NCBI RefSeq assembly: GCF_006345805.1
Contig: NW_021836236.1
Location: 1-25,342, forward strand
Reading direction: 5' to 3'
From: Octopus sinensis
Taxonomy: Eukaryota
DNA length: 25,342 nucleotides
Made by a program: the position numbers and the translations under genes
Notes under the pieces: generated by a model
What the model was told of the DNA's origin: nothing
What the model saw: only the letters and a program-made list of their open reading frames with translations
The model's database searches: none
In this document: piece by piece, positions 9,600 through 20,311 of the stretch
Layout of the letters: each line of letters starts with the position of its first letter
Position numbering within the stretch: position 1 is the first letter of the stretch

Positions 9600-10331
9600 T
9601 TAACCCTTTCGTTACTATATTTATTTTGAGATGATCTGTGTTTCTTTCAATTACTTCAAATATAACAAAGAATTTAGTAAAATAACTTAGTTATCATTAA
9701 GCTAGTGTTAGGAACATAAATTGTGACTAAGGTTTGGTGGAAGATTTTAATTCAGAACTTATGAAAACAAGACATTTGTACTACAGAGCCAGAGGTGGTT
9801 TCAACCAGGTTGGTATCAAAAGGGTTAAGAATTGTTTCTCTATTATATATTTTAGCCCTTTTGTTACCATATTTCTGCTGAGATGCTCTGTGTTTCTTTC
9901 AATTACTTTAAATATAACAAAGAATTTAGTAAAATAACTTGGTTATCATTAAGCTAGTGTTAGGAACATAAATTGTAACTAAGGTTTGGTGGAAGGTTTT
10001 AATTCAAAACTTATGAAAACAAGGCATTTGTACTACAGAGCCAGAGCTGGCTTCAGCCAGTTTGGTATCAAAGAGTTAAGAATTGTTTCTCTATTATATA
10101 TTTTAGCCCTTTTGTTACCATATTTCTGTTGAGATGCTCTGTGTTTCTTTCAATTAATTTTAAATATAACAAAGAATTTAGTAAAATAACTTAGTTATCA
10201 TTCAGCTAGTGTTATGAACATAAATTGTGACTAAGGTTTGGTGGAAGATTTTAATTCAAAACTTATGAAAACAAGACATTTGTACTCAGAACCAGAGCCA
10301 GTTTCAGCCGGGTTGGTATCGAAAGGGTTAA
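9600..10331. mobile_element. Three tandem ~230-bp TTAA-type (piggyBac-like) MITEs, 251-bp period
   Basis: Units 9600-9828, 9852-10079 and 10103-10331; termini TTAA-CCCTTT...AAAGGG-TTAA; identical 23-bp spacer gaattgtttctctattatatatt. Confidence 0.85.
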
Positions 10332-10384
10332 GGATGGATGTTACTGTAGCTTGTAGCCCCAGGAGGACACCTCCTCCAGCTGGC

Positions 10385-10690
10385 TATTGACGCACTTTCT
10401 GTGCCCTATCAGTATTTGCATGGGAAGCCATTCTTCTCATCTTGAACCTGACGTGATACACATGGACTCGAGTTTCTGAATATCGACCTGTCATCAGCGT
10501 GTGACAATCACCGGTTGTCGATGAAAAGTAGGCTTCCCTTTGCAAACATATATCCTTTTTCCAGTGACGAAATGTCACTGATCTCGAAAAAGTGTTAACG
10601 AGCAATCATAAATCTCTTAACGAGGTATAAAAACAGTAGCCACACGACTTCGTGAAGTATATTCGCCAAAGTGGCAAATATACTTCACAA
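10385..10690 (-). mobile_element. Hammerhead-containing repeat element ending in a 17-bp-arm hairpin
   Basis: Hammerhead at 10454-10510; hairpin gtgaagtatattcgcca-aag-tggcaaatatacttcac at 10652-10688. Confidence 0.5.
10454..10510 (-). ncRNA. Degenerate type I hammerhead ribozyme
   Basis: Minus strand: TGAT-TGT-CACACG-CTGATGA-CAGG-TCGATA-TTCA-GAAA-CTCGA-GTC^CATGTG-T-ATCA. Intact core, GUC site, palindrome ACTCGAGT; stem II pairing is decayed. Confidence 0.7.
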
Positions 10691-10955
10691 TATCATCATG
10701 CAGCTAAGATATATAGGAAGGAGATAATATAAATACACACACACACATACACTCTCTGTCTTTCTCTCTCTCTCTCACATGCTCATGTGCTGTGATGCTG
10801 TGTTGTGATGATAGTACAAGTGTGTGTATAGGGTGTGTAGTATATCCTAGTGTAAGAGAAAGTCACGCACACACACACATACACACACACTCTCTCTCTC
10901 TCCACACACATAGATATGAAAAAGAAAATGGAGATTGGAAAGTTAATAATTGAGG

Positions 10956-11110
10956 GTGTGTGGTAAGTAGCTTGCTAACCAACCACATGGTTCCGGGTTC
11001 AGTCCCACTGCATGGCATCTTGGGCAAGTGTCTTCTGCTATAGCCTCGGGCCGACCAAAGACTTGTGAGTGGATTTGGTAGACAGAAACTGAAAGAAGCC
11101 CATCGTATAT
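10956..11110 (+). mobile_element. SINE family A 5' half
   Basis: gtgtgtggtaagtagcttgctaacc..gaaactgaaagaagcccatcgta. Confidence 0.9.
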
Positions 11111-11179
11111 ATACATATATATATATATATATATTATATAATATATAATATATATTATATAATATATATTATATATATA

Positions 11180-11337
11180 CAGGAGTGGCTGTGTGGTAAG
11201 TAGCTTGCTAACCAACCACATGGTTCCGGGTTCAGTCCCCTGCGTGGCATCTTGGACAAGTGTCTTCTGCTATAGCCCCGGGCCGACCAATGCCTTGTGA
11301 ATGGATTTGGTAGACGGAAACTGAAAGAAGCCTGTCG

Positions 11338-11370
<33 letters not shown>

Positions 11371-11590
11371 TTGTGTGTCTGTGTTTGTCCCCCTAGCATT
11401 GCTTGACAACCGATGCTGGTGTGTTTACGTCCCCGTCACTTAGCAGTTTGGCAAAAAGAGACCGATATAATAAGTACTAGGCTTACAAAAGAATAAGTCC
11501 TGGGGTCGATTTGCTCGACTAAAAGGCGGCGCTCCAGCATGGCCGCAGTCAAATGACTGAAACAAGTAAAAGAGTAAAGAGAAAGAGAGA
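11180..11590 (+). mobile_element. SINE family A, full-length copy
   Basis: caggagtggctgtgtgg head through aagtaaaagagtaaagag tail. Confidence 0.93.
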
Positions 11591-11777
11591 GTATTAACAG
11601 CAAATTAATTATCATTCTTTACAGCTGTTTCAATCAATACTCGGTAAATATTAAGTAAATGTGAAATTTATATGACCAGACCATAACATCTGCAGAGGGA
11701 AAAAAATATACCTTTGGATGTTTTATATGAGTTTATGGATTCATTATAGCATTCATTAAATATATACACATATATAC

Positions 11778-11940
11778 GATGGGCTTCTTTCAGTTTCCAT
11801 CAACCAAATCCACTCACAAGGCTTTGGTCTGCCCAAGGCTATAGTAGAAGACACTTGTCCAAGGTGCCACGCAGTGGGACTGAACCCGGAACCATGTGGT
11901 TGGTAAGCAAGCTACTTAACACACAGCCACTCCTGAGCCT
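11778..11940 (-). mobile_element. SINE family A 5' half
   Basis: Reverse complement of the family head. Confidence 0.9.
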
Positions 11941-12124
11941 ATACTAATGTGCTTGTGTGTGTTTGTGTGGTGGTGGTGGTGGTGGTGGGAGGGCGGTGTT
12001 TGTGTGTGTATGTGTGTGTGTATCTGTGTGTTTGTGCATGTGTGTGTGTGTGTATTACATGTGTTTTGGTATGTGCGTGTGTTGTTTTTTTTCTTTGGCC
12101 TTAACAAATTACTGAACCGTGTCT

Positions 12125-12535
12125 GTGTCCACCCAGCTGCTAAGAATGGGTATCGGATCAACTGGGGGAATGCTAACATGTAATAGACTGGTGACTTATC
12201 CAGGTGGCGATTCATCTCTCCTCACAATGTCTCTATATGACACACCCCTATATTGAACATTACCTCGGTTCACACCTGGCTGCAGTGAGAGAGAGAGAAT
12301 AGGCACCAGATGATCTGGGAGAGTGTTAACATGTGATAGACTGGAGTCTTATCCAGGTGGAGATTAATCTCTCCTCACAATGTCTCTATGACACATCACT
12401 ACATTCTACATCACCTCAGAGCCCACCTAGCTGTGCGGAGGTAGAGAACAAGTATCAGATCATCAAGGTGAGTGTTAACATGTGATAGACTTGCATCTTA
12501 TCCAAGTGGAGATTTATCTCTCATCACAGTGTACC
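12125..12535 (+). repeat. CORE-SINE-like relic followed by a ~152-bp diverged tandem repeat (~2.4 units)
   Basis: gtccacccagctg..aatgggta resembles the invertebrate CORE domain as recalled; taacatgt.atagact..cttatcca.gtgg recurs at ~12174, 12327 and 12476. Confidence 0.6.
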
Positions 12536-12783
12536 CGAGATAAGTAGATAATATATATAATGCCATTGCTATTTTTAACTCAGTAGCAAAATCTGAGTAT
12601 TTGTCACGAGAGTCCAAAGGGTCAAATTAAGGAGGAAAAACACAGATAAAAGTGCCAGGTAGCTCTGTCTCCCTCCAAGATAAGAATTACTGTGGCCAAG
12701 CATGAATCAATGATAGAAGGTCTATGTGGTCATCTGATTAGCTAGAAATAACAGCTAAATCTGCCACAGATCACTTTATCAAA

Positions 12784-13507
12784 TCGCTATATATATAAAG
12801 TTGTCCGTGTATGGCAGGTTTGGTAGCCTTCAACTAACACTATCTCCTCCGAGAACCTGGAGCGCAAGTTGGCCAAAATTGAGAGTATGATAGAAGAAGA
12901 CTTGCTTTTCCTTCCGTAGAAGATAAAATTCAAATCGGACCATATTAACACCAAAAATTATTTACATCAAAAAGGTGCTTTTTTTCTATGAAAATCCCTA
13001 TTTTATCGCTATATATATAAAGCTGAAGTTGTCTGTGTATGGCAGGTTTGGTGGCCTTCAACTAACACTATCTCCTCCGAGACCCTGCGGCGCAAGTTGA
13101 CCAAATTTCAGAGTATGGTAGAAGAAGGCTTGCTCTTCATTCCGTAGAAGAAAAAATCCAAATCGGACCATGTTAACCACAAAAATTATCTACATCAAAA
13201 AGGTCCTTTTTTTTTTCTATGATAATCCCTATTTTTTACGATTTATAAAGCTGCAGTTGTCTGTGTGTGGCAGGTTTGGTAGCCTTCAACTAACACTATC
13301 TCCTCCGAGACCCTGCGGCACAAGTTGACCAAAATTGAAAGTATGATAGAAGAAGGTTTCCTCTTCCTTCCGTAGAAGATAAAATTCAAATCGGACCATG
13401 TTAACACCAAAAATTATTTACATCAAAAACGTGCTTTTTTTTCTATGAAAATCCCTATTTTTTACGATTATTTGACTGTTGTGTTGCCACTTTTTGACTG
13501 CTGTGTC
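12784..13507 (+). mobile_element. Three tandem 5' segments of a Helitron-like non-autonomous element
   Basis: Units start at 12784, 13006 and ~13243. The first two begin A|TCGCTATATATATAAAG. Body tctcctccgaga..gcaagttgaccaaaattg; no CTAG 3' end seen. Confidence 0.65.
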
Positions 13508-13834
13508 AACTTTAACTGACCAATGAAGGCGCGTAGTGTTAGCCCACGCATTCTCTGAACGACCGTCACCTGTCAGTCAGCGAAGCTAATTCAGTGTCAG
13601 CTTGTCTCACCTAGTGGTGTGGTACACAGTGCACCTGTTCAGGTAAATGCTGATGTGATGGAGAGAGTGAACTTATAATGGAATTGAAGGCTTGTGATAC
13701 CTGTGGAGTGTCTCCTTCTCCAGTTACAATTATTTCCGTAGTCTTAAGGATCTGGAACACGAAGAAGTTTACAAGCGGAATGCAATTCGATAGTCGTTTA
13801 ATTTTTTGGTTCTCGGAAATTGTAGTTAAGATAC

Positions 13835-14520
13835 CTGTGCCGGTGACATGTTAAAAGCACCATCTGAATGTGGCAGTTGCCAGCGCCGCCTGACTGGCAT
13901 CCGTGTCGGTGACACACAAAAGCACCAACCGATTGTGGCCGTTTGCCACCCTCCTTTACCCCCGTGCCAGTGGCACGTAAAAGCACCAACCAATCATGGC
14001 TGTTGCCAGCCTCCTCTGGCCCCTGTGCCAGTGGCATGCAAAAAGCACCAACTGATCGTGGCCGTTTGCCAGCCTCCTCTGGCCCCCGTGCCAGTGGCAC
14101 GTAAAAGCACCAACCAATCATGGCCGTTGCCAGCCTCACCTGGCCCCCGTGCCAGTGACACGTAAAAGCACCAACCAATCATGGTCGTTTGCCAGCCTCC
14201 TCTGGCCCCTGTGCCAGTGGCACGTAAAAGCACCAACCAATCATGGCCGTTGCCAGCCTCACCTGGCCCCCGTGCCAGTGACACGTAAAAGCACCAACCA
14301 ATCATGGCCGTTGCCAGCCTCCTATGGCCCCTGTGCGGGTGGCACGTAAAAAGCACCCACTACACTCATGGAGTGGTTGGCGTTAGGAAGGGCATCCAGC
14401 CATAGAAACACAGCCAGATCGGACTGGAGCCTGGTGCAGCCTTCTGGCTTCCCAGATCCCTGGTCGAACCATGCAACCCATGCCAGCATGGAGAACAGAC
14501 ATTAAACGATGATGATGATG
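13835..14520 (+). mobile_element. Retroposon 3' region with ~9 internal ~62-bp tandem repeats and (GAT)n tail
   Basis: aaagcacc anchor recurs about every 62 bp from ~13853 to ~14350, then gttggcgttaggaagggcatccagcc..ccatgccagcatgg..ttaaac(gat)n. Confidence 0.85.
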
Positions 14521-14734
14521 AGGAGAAGGAGGATTCATGTGGCTCACTCCCAGTGACCATCTTTATGGCAGCGCATGGTTCGTTATAGCTCCGTTCAGGT
14601 GAGGTTCATTACCTCTGGAGATAACAGGTGAGGTTAGAGCGGGAGAAGAGTCTGCCGTGAGCTGCCAACTTCGCAGTGTTTCTCGGCGTAAGCAAGAAGG
14701 AAGTAAAAAAGGGTGAATGTCTTAATTCTCCTGC

Positions 14735-14963
14735 TTAACCCTTTAGTGTTCGCATTATTCTACCAAAATGAATCCCTTTTTATCCAAATTGTTTTGAACT
14801 AATCATGCATCATCTTGTAGCTATGAGATTTTGATGAGGTAGCTGTTAATTTTTAAGACGATATTGTAGGGTTGGTGTGAGAGACCAGATCTGGCCAGTT
14901 TGACCATAAAACAGGCAGAATACTTTTGGCCGGATATGGCCGGTTTAAATGCTAAAGGGTTAA
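14735..14963. mobile_element. TTAA-type (piggyBac-like) MITE
   Basis: TTAA-CCCTTTAG ... CTAAAGGG-TTAA terminal inverted repeats with TTAA at both ends. Confidence 0.85.
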
Positions 14964-15199
14964 ACAGTCGTTGCCGACGAGAGTCTCGCTGTCGTCTCGC
15001 GCATGGCAAATGGTTGCAGGCGAGATCTCATTCAAAATGGTGCTGGCTTCTTGTGCGTCACTACAAGCCAACGTGCAACACAAACACTTGATCACTATAA
15101 ACAAATTATTTGTGCAGGTTATTTGGCAAAAAGCTGTATGCTCATACATTGTCTTCAACAGGAGAGTCCATCAGATATATATGTGTATATATATATATA

Positions 15200-15412
15200 C
15201 TCTTTACTCTTTTTACTTGTTTCAGTCATTTGACTGCGGCCATGCTGGAGCACCGCCTTTAGTCGAGCAACACGACCCCGGGACTTATTCTTTTTGTAAG
15301 CCCAGTACTTATTCTATCAGTCTCTTCTTGCCGAACCTCTAAGTGACGGGGACGTAAACACACCAGCATCGGTTGTCAAGCAATGCTAGGGGGACAAACA
15401 CAGACACACACA

Positions 15413-15452
<40 letters not shown>

Positions 15453-15611
15453 TATGACAGGCTTCTTTCAGTTTCCTTCTACCAAATCCACTCACAAGGC
15501 TTTGGTCGGCCCGGGGCTATAGCAGAAGACACATGCCCAAGATGCCACGCAGTGGGACTGAACCCGGAACCATGTGGTTGGTTAGCAAGCTACTTACCAC
15601 ACAGCCGCTCC
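15200..15611 (-). mobile_element. SINE family A, full-length copy
   Basis: Reverse complement of the family sequence. Confidence 0.92.
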
Positions 15612-15627
15612 TATATATATATATAGA

Positions 15628-15799
15628 TTGTTAGCACTACACACATTTTTTTTCTCTCCTTGTTTTTTCTGTGTCCCTTTCTGTAGAAGAGCGTAGGCTC
15701 GAAACGTAACATGCTTTTTCTATTCCCGAGCGTTATACTAATACATCTGTTTGTTTTGTACACCACCTGTCTTCGTCTTTTGTTTTTTTCGTAAACTCT

Positions 15800-15802
<3 letters not shown>
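15628..15802 (+). mobile_element. Penelope-like terminal fragment ending in (TA)n
   Basis: GAAGAG-CGTAGG-CTC-GAAACGTA hammerhead-like motif at 15685-15708, T-rich body, long (TA)n tail. Confidence 0.45.
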
Positions 15803-15843
<41 letters not shown>

Positions 15844-16053
15844 CAATTAGGAAAATGGAGGAGAACAATAGGTGGTTCATCAACTTTTGGACATTATATT
15901 AAGTTAACTTATTTATTTATCAAACTGACAATTATAATAACCTACATATATATAGCATATTATTCTTTACGAAGAAGATATTAGATATAGTAATATATGA
16001 GGATACCAGTAATTATTATAAAAAACATGAATACACACACACTCACACACTTG

Positions 16054-16190
16054 AAGGGCTTCTTTCAGTTTCCGTTGACCAAATCCACTCACAAGACTTT
16101 GGTCAACCTGAGATCATAGTTGAAGACTTTTGCCCAAGGTGCCACAAAATGGGGCTGAACATGGAACTGGTTCGGAAGCAAACCCCTCAC
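16054..16190 (-). mobile_element. Diverged SINE family A 5' half
   Basis: gggcttctttcagtttccg..caaatccactcacaag..ttgcccaaggtgccac. Confidence 0.75.
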
Positions 16191-16485
16191 AACAAATCCG
16201 CAACTGCACTGTGGTGTGTGTGTGTGTGTGTGTGTGTAACTGACTTACTAAATCTCATAAAAGTACCTAGTTGTGGTTGCTGCAAAATCCCAGGGGGATC
16301 TTAATTTATTTTTACAAATCTACTCCCACCTCAGTACTTTCTCTCGCACACTCCCCAGAGTACACGCACCCCAGTTTGACTCGCAGATGTACTTTTATCG
16401 AGGAAAGTACCTTACCGAAGTCGGAAGCTGTAGCAGAATGAATCAATCTGCAGTCACCTGGCTGATGCTTGTCACTCAAAACAGT

Positions 16486-16590
16486 GCAGTGTGACATAGA
16501 TGCTGCGTCGCATAGTGTGACATGACAGCTACGTCGCAGAGTGTGACATATATGTGGTGTCGTGCACGATGACATAACTGCCGTGTTGCA
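16486..16590. repeat. Four diverged 26-bp units, each containing TGACAT
   Basis: (G/A)TGACAT at 16491, 16517, 16543 and 16569. Confidence 0.75.
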
Positions 16591-16694
16591 CAACCGTTTG
16601 CTACTGAAAACCAGAAGCATACAGGAGTGGCTTTTGATGAGACGGAGATCAACTGACAGAAGAAAGGTGCTAGGCGCTGTCTAGGTGTGAACAT

Positions 16695-16697
16695 GCG

Positions 16698-16749
<52 letters not shown>

Positions 16750-17283
16750 GCATATACATACATAGTTATATATATATATATATATCTATCTCCATACACA
16801 CACATGCATATACAGAAATATATCCATACACACACATATGCATATACATATATACATATCCATACACACACATATGCATATACATATATACATATCCATA
16901 CACACACACATATTCATATAAACATATCCATACACACACATATGCATATACAGAAATATATCCATACACATGCATTTGCATATAGATATATATATGTATA
17001 TATACACACACACACAAAGTCACACGTGTATATCTGTATATATATATGCAAGTACGTGTCTATATGTATGTTGGTGTGTATGCATATATAAATATGCATA
17101 TATCTGTATGTATGTACATGTGTGCATATAAACATACATTTATATATATTATTATATATATATATATATATACATACATGAAAATATATATGTGCATATA
17201 TATATATATATATATATATTTACATAAATAACAAATACATATATATATATACATATATATAAATATCTGCATAATAAACTACA

Positions 17284-17334
<51 letters not shown>

Positions 17335-17435
17335 GTTATGTAAATATATATATATATATATATATATATTTACATAACAAACATACATACATATATATAT
17401 ATACATATATATAAATATCTGCATAATAAACTACA

Positions 17436-17492
<57 letters not shown>

Positions 17493-17595
17493 GTGTGTGT
17501 GTGTGTGGTGGTGTGTGTGTGTGTGTGTGTGTGTGCCTAAGCTTGAACACACACATATATATGTTACATGTAAACACACACACACACACACACAT
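16695..17595. repeat. Compound TA/CA/TG microsatellite field
   Basis: Direct reading. Confidence 0.9.
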
Positions 17596-17879
17596 GGAGA
17601 GACTGATAGCATGATTCACCATCAACAGCCTCAACCCCCCCCCCACAACAACCCCTTACCCCCCCCCCCGTTTGCTGCTTTGTGACCACGCCCACCCACC
17701 CACCTCACCACCGCCACCAGCACTCTTCCTCAGCCTATTAATCACATCACGCCACTACTGTCACTTTCCACCTCTGCCAGACACACCCACAAGGAAACCA
17801 TGGCGATAAAGATGGTGCCGCCGCCGCCGCCGATGGTGGTGGTGGTGGTGGCAACGGTGGCAGTAATTGAGTACCACAT

Positions 17880-17952
17880 GCATATAGATATGTGTGTGTG
17901 TATATATACATATATGTGTGTGTGTGTATATGTGTGTGTATATGTATGTATA

Positions 17953-17983
<31 letters not shown>

Positions 17984-18447
17984 ATGTGTATATATATGTG
18001 TGTGTGTGTGTATATATATATGTGTGTGTGTATGTGTATATATATATATACATGTGTGTGTATACATATATATGTGTGTGTGTGTGTATATACATATATG
18101 TGTGTGTGTGTATATGTGTGTGTATATGTATGTATATGTGTGTGTATATGTGTGTGTGTGTGTGTATGTGTATATATATGTGTGTGTGTGTATATATATA
18201 TGTGTGTGTGTATGTGTATATATATATATACATGTGTGTGTATACATATATATGTGTGTGTGTGTGTGTATATACATATGTGGGTGTGTATGTATATATA
18301 TGTGTGTGTGGTGTATATGTGTATGTGTATATATATATGTGTGTGTGTATGTGTATATATATATACATGTGTGTGTATACATATATATGTGTGTGTGTGT
18401 GTGTATATACATATGTGGGTGTGTATGTATATATATGTGTGTGTGTG

Positions 18448-18478
<31 letters not shown>

Positions 18479-18540
18479 ATTGTATATATATATGTATATA
18501 CACACACTGGAGAAGATAACATGTGCACATAATTATATAC

Positions 18541-18571
<31 letters not shown>

Positions 18572-18720
18572 CACACACATACATACATGTATGTGTGAGT
18601 ATATATCAAAGTTTTACATACATGTATATATACACAGATTTTATATATATATATATAAGAGAGAGAAAGTGAAAAACAAGTTTGTGAAATACCTGAGTGT
18701 GTGTGTGTGTTTGTGTGTGT
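17880..18720. repeat. Compound (TG)n/(TA)n microsatellite field
   Basis: Direct reading; source of the long C/V/Y/I/H/T ORFs. Confidence 0.92.
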
Positions 18721-18914
18721 AGACATTACTTGTGTGTAACATATACACCAGCGCACATGGCAGTATTCTACATAGGTTCATGCAAGCCATCCGTAGGTAC
18801 ATGCCTTTAATATGGTGCTAAATACCATTATAGAAACGGAGGGATGATCGTAGCTGGAATGCCATACATTAGCAGAATGCTCAATTAGGGTCAATATGGG
18901 TGTCAATGCACTAG

Positions 18915-19455
18915 CACTATACACACACACATATACACGTGCATGTGTGTGTATATATATGTACACATATATGCAAAGACAAACACACATATATATACAC
19001 ACACACATATACACGTGCATGTGTGTGTATATATATGTACACATATATGCAAAGACAAACACACATATATATACACACACACATATACACGTGCATGTGT
19101 GTGTATATATATGTACACATATATGCAAATACAAACACACATATATATACACACACACATATACATACACATATGTATATACAAATACATAAACACACGC
19201 ATACATACATAAATATATATATATATACGCACACATACATACATATACACACACACATATATATATACACACACATACATATAAACACACATGTATATAC
19301 ACATACACATATTCATATATACACATACATATATATACACATACAGACATACATATATACACACATACATACATATATATATCTATATAAACACACATAT
19401 ATATATATACACACACACACATTCACACATACATGTACATACACATACACACATA
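18915..19455. repeat. Compound CA/TA microsatellite with a ~72-bp higher-order repeat
   Basis: catatacacgtgcatgtgtgtgtatatatatgtacacatatatgcaaa occurs three times, at ~18930, 19000 and 19080. Confidence 0.88.
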
Positions 19456-19599
19456 GGTAGGAGGGCTTCGAAAGGGGTCTCAGGGAATAGAGTCCCTGCC
19501 CTCCTGAGCTAGTTTTCCACTACATTTCTTAAAAATCATGGTAGAATCCTTTGTCTCGGTACCACTCATGTCTAGAAACTGAGGTTGGGGGGGGGGGGT

Positions 19600-19792
19600 A
19601 AGCAAGGGCATGCCCCCATTAGAAAATCCAGCTCCATAAAAGCCCCATGATAGCAAAGAAGAATGAACACCAGCCAGGACAAAGGTTGGGGTGGGCTGCA
19701 CCTGACTACCCCGGTTGCTATGGCATTGGCGCAGATCCGGCCACCCTCCGTTGACGGGGACAAAACCCGGATTTAAAACACTCAATGATGAC
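19600..19792 (+). mobile_element. Diverged retroposon 3' fragment
   Basis: aagggcatgccc..atccagc core-like motif and tttaaaacactcaatgatgac tail resemble the (GAT)n-tailed family. Confidence 0.35.
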
Positions 19793-19830
19793 ATATATAT
19801 ATATATATATACACTCGTACACACACACAC

Positions 19831-19861
<31 letters not shown>

Positions 19862-20311
19862 TATATATATACACACACACATATACATGTATGCATGCAT
19901 AGACACACTAATACATTCCACACACACACATACCAAATGTCATCTCCACCCCACGAACTGCCCCCACCCCACCCCACCCACCCAACAACTCCGGCAGGAA
20001 TTTATCCATAATGATATGAAGTTCACTAAGTGATTATTTTTGCCAACGCAGACCAAAGCTGTTTCCCTGGAATCTAGGACTTTATAATGGCATGTTTTTG
20101 TGTGTATATATACATATATAAGGCGTTCAGAAAGTCTCTCCGCTCTAAGTATTTTGTTGCAAAGTATATATTTGTAAGATGCTATAAGACTACAAAAGAA
20201 TTTAATAGACTTTACAAAACTTTAACAAACTTTTTTAAGAGGTATAGAAAGTGTCGATCTTAAACTACAATACAAAAGTTGACTCTTCTACACATGTTAT
20301 GAAATACATAA

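Noticed and set aside
18776-18800. Possible 21-nt microexon (ag|GTTCATGCAAGCCATCCGTAG|gt, reading FMQAIR)
   Set aside because: Weak donor and too short to distinguish from chance without transcript data.
17742-19460. Long ORFs (up to 331 aa) rich in C/V/Y/I/H/T
   Set aside because: They are translations of TG/TA/CA microsatellites, open in several frames on both strands. The same applies to the ORFs at 27-299, 5349-6637, 6682-7120 and 16476-17685.
19459-19505. Branched hairpin AGGAGGGC..AGGGA/TCCCT..GCCCTCCT containing GAAA
   Set aside because: It lacks a CUGANGA core in a valid position on either strand and matches no ribozyme fold I can support.
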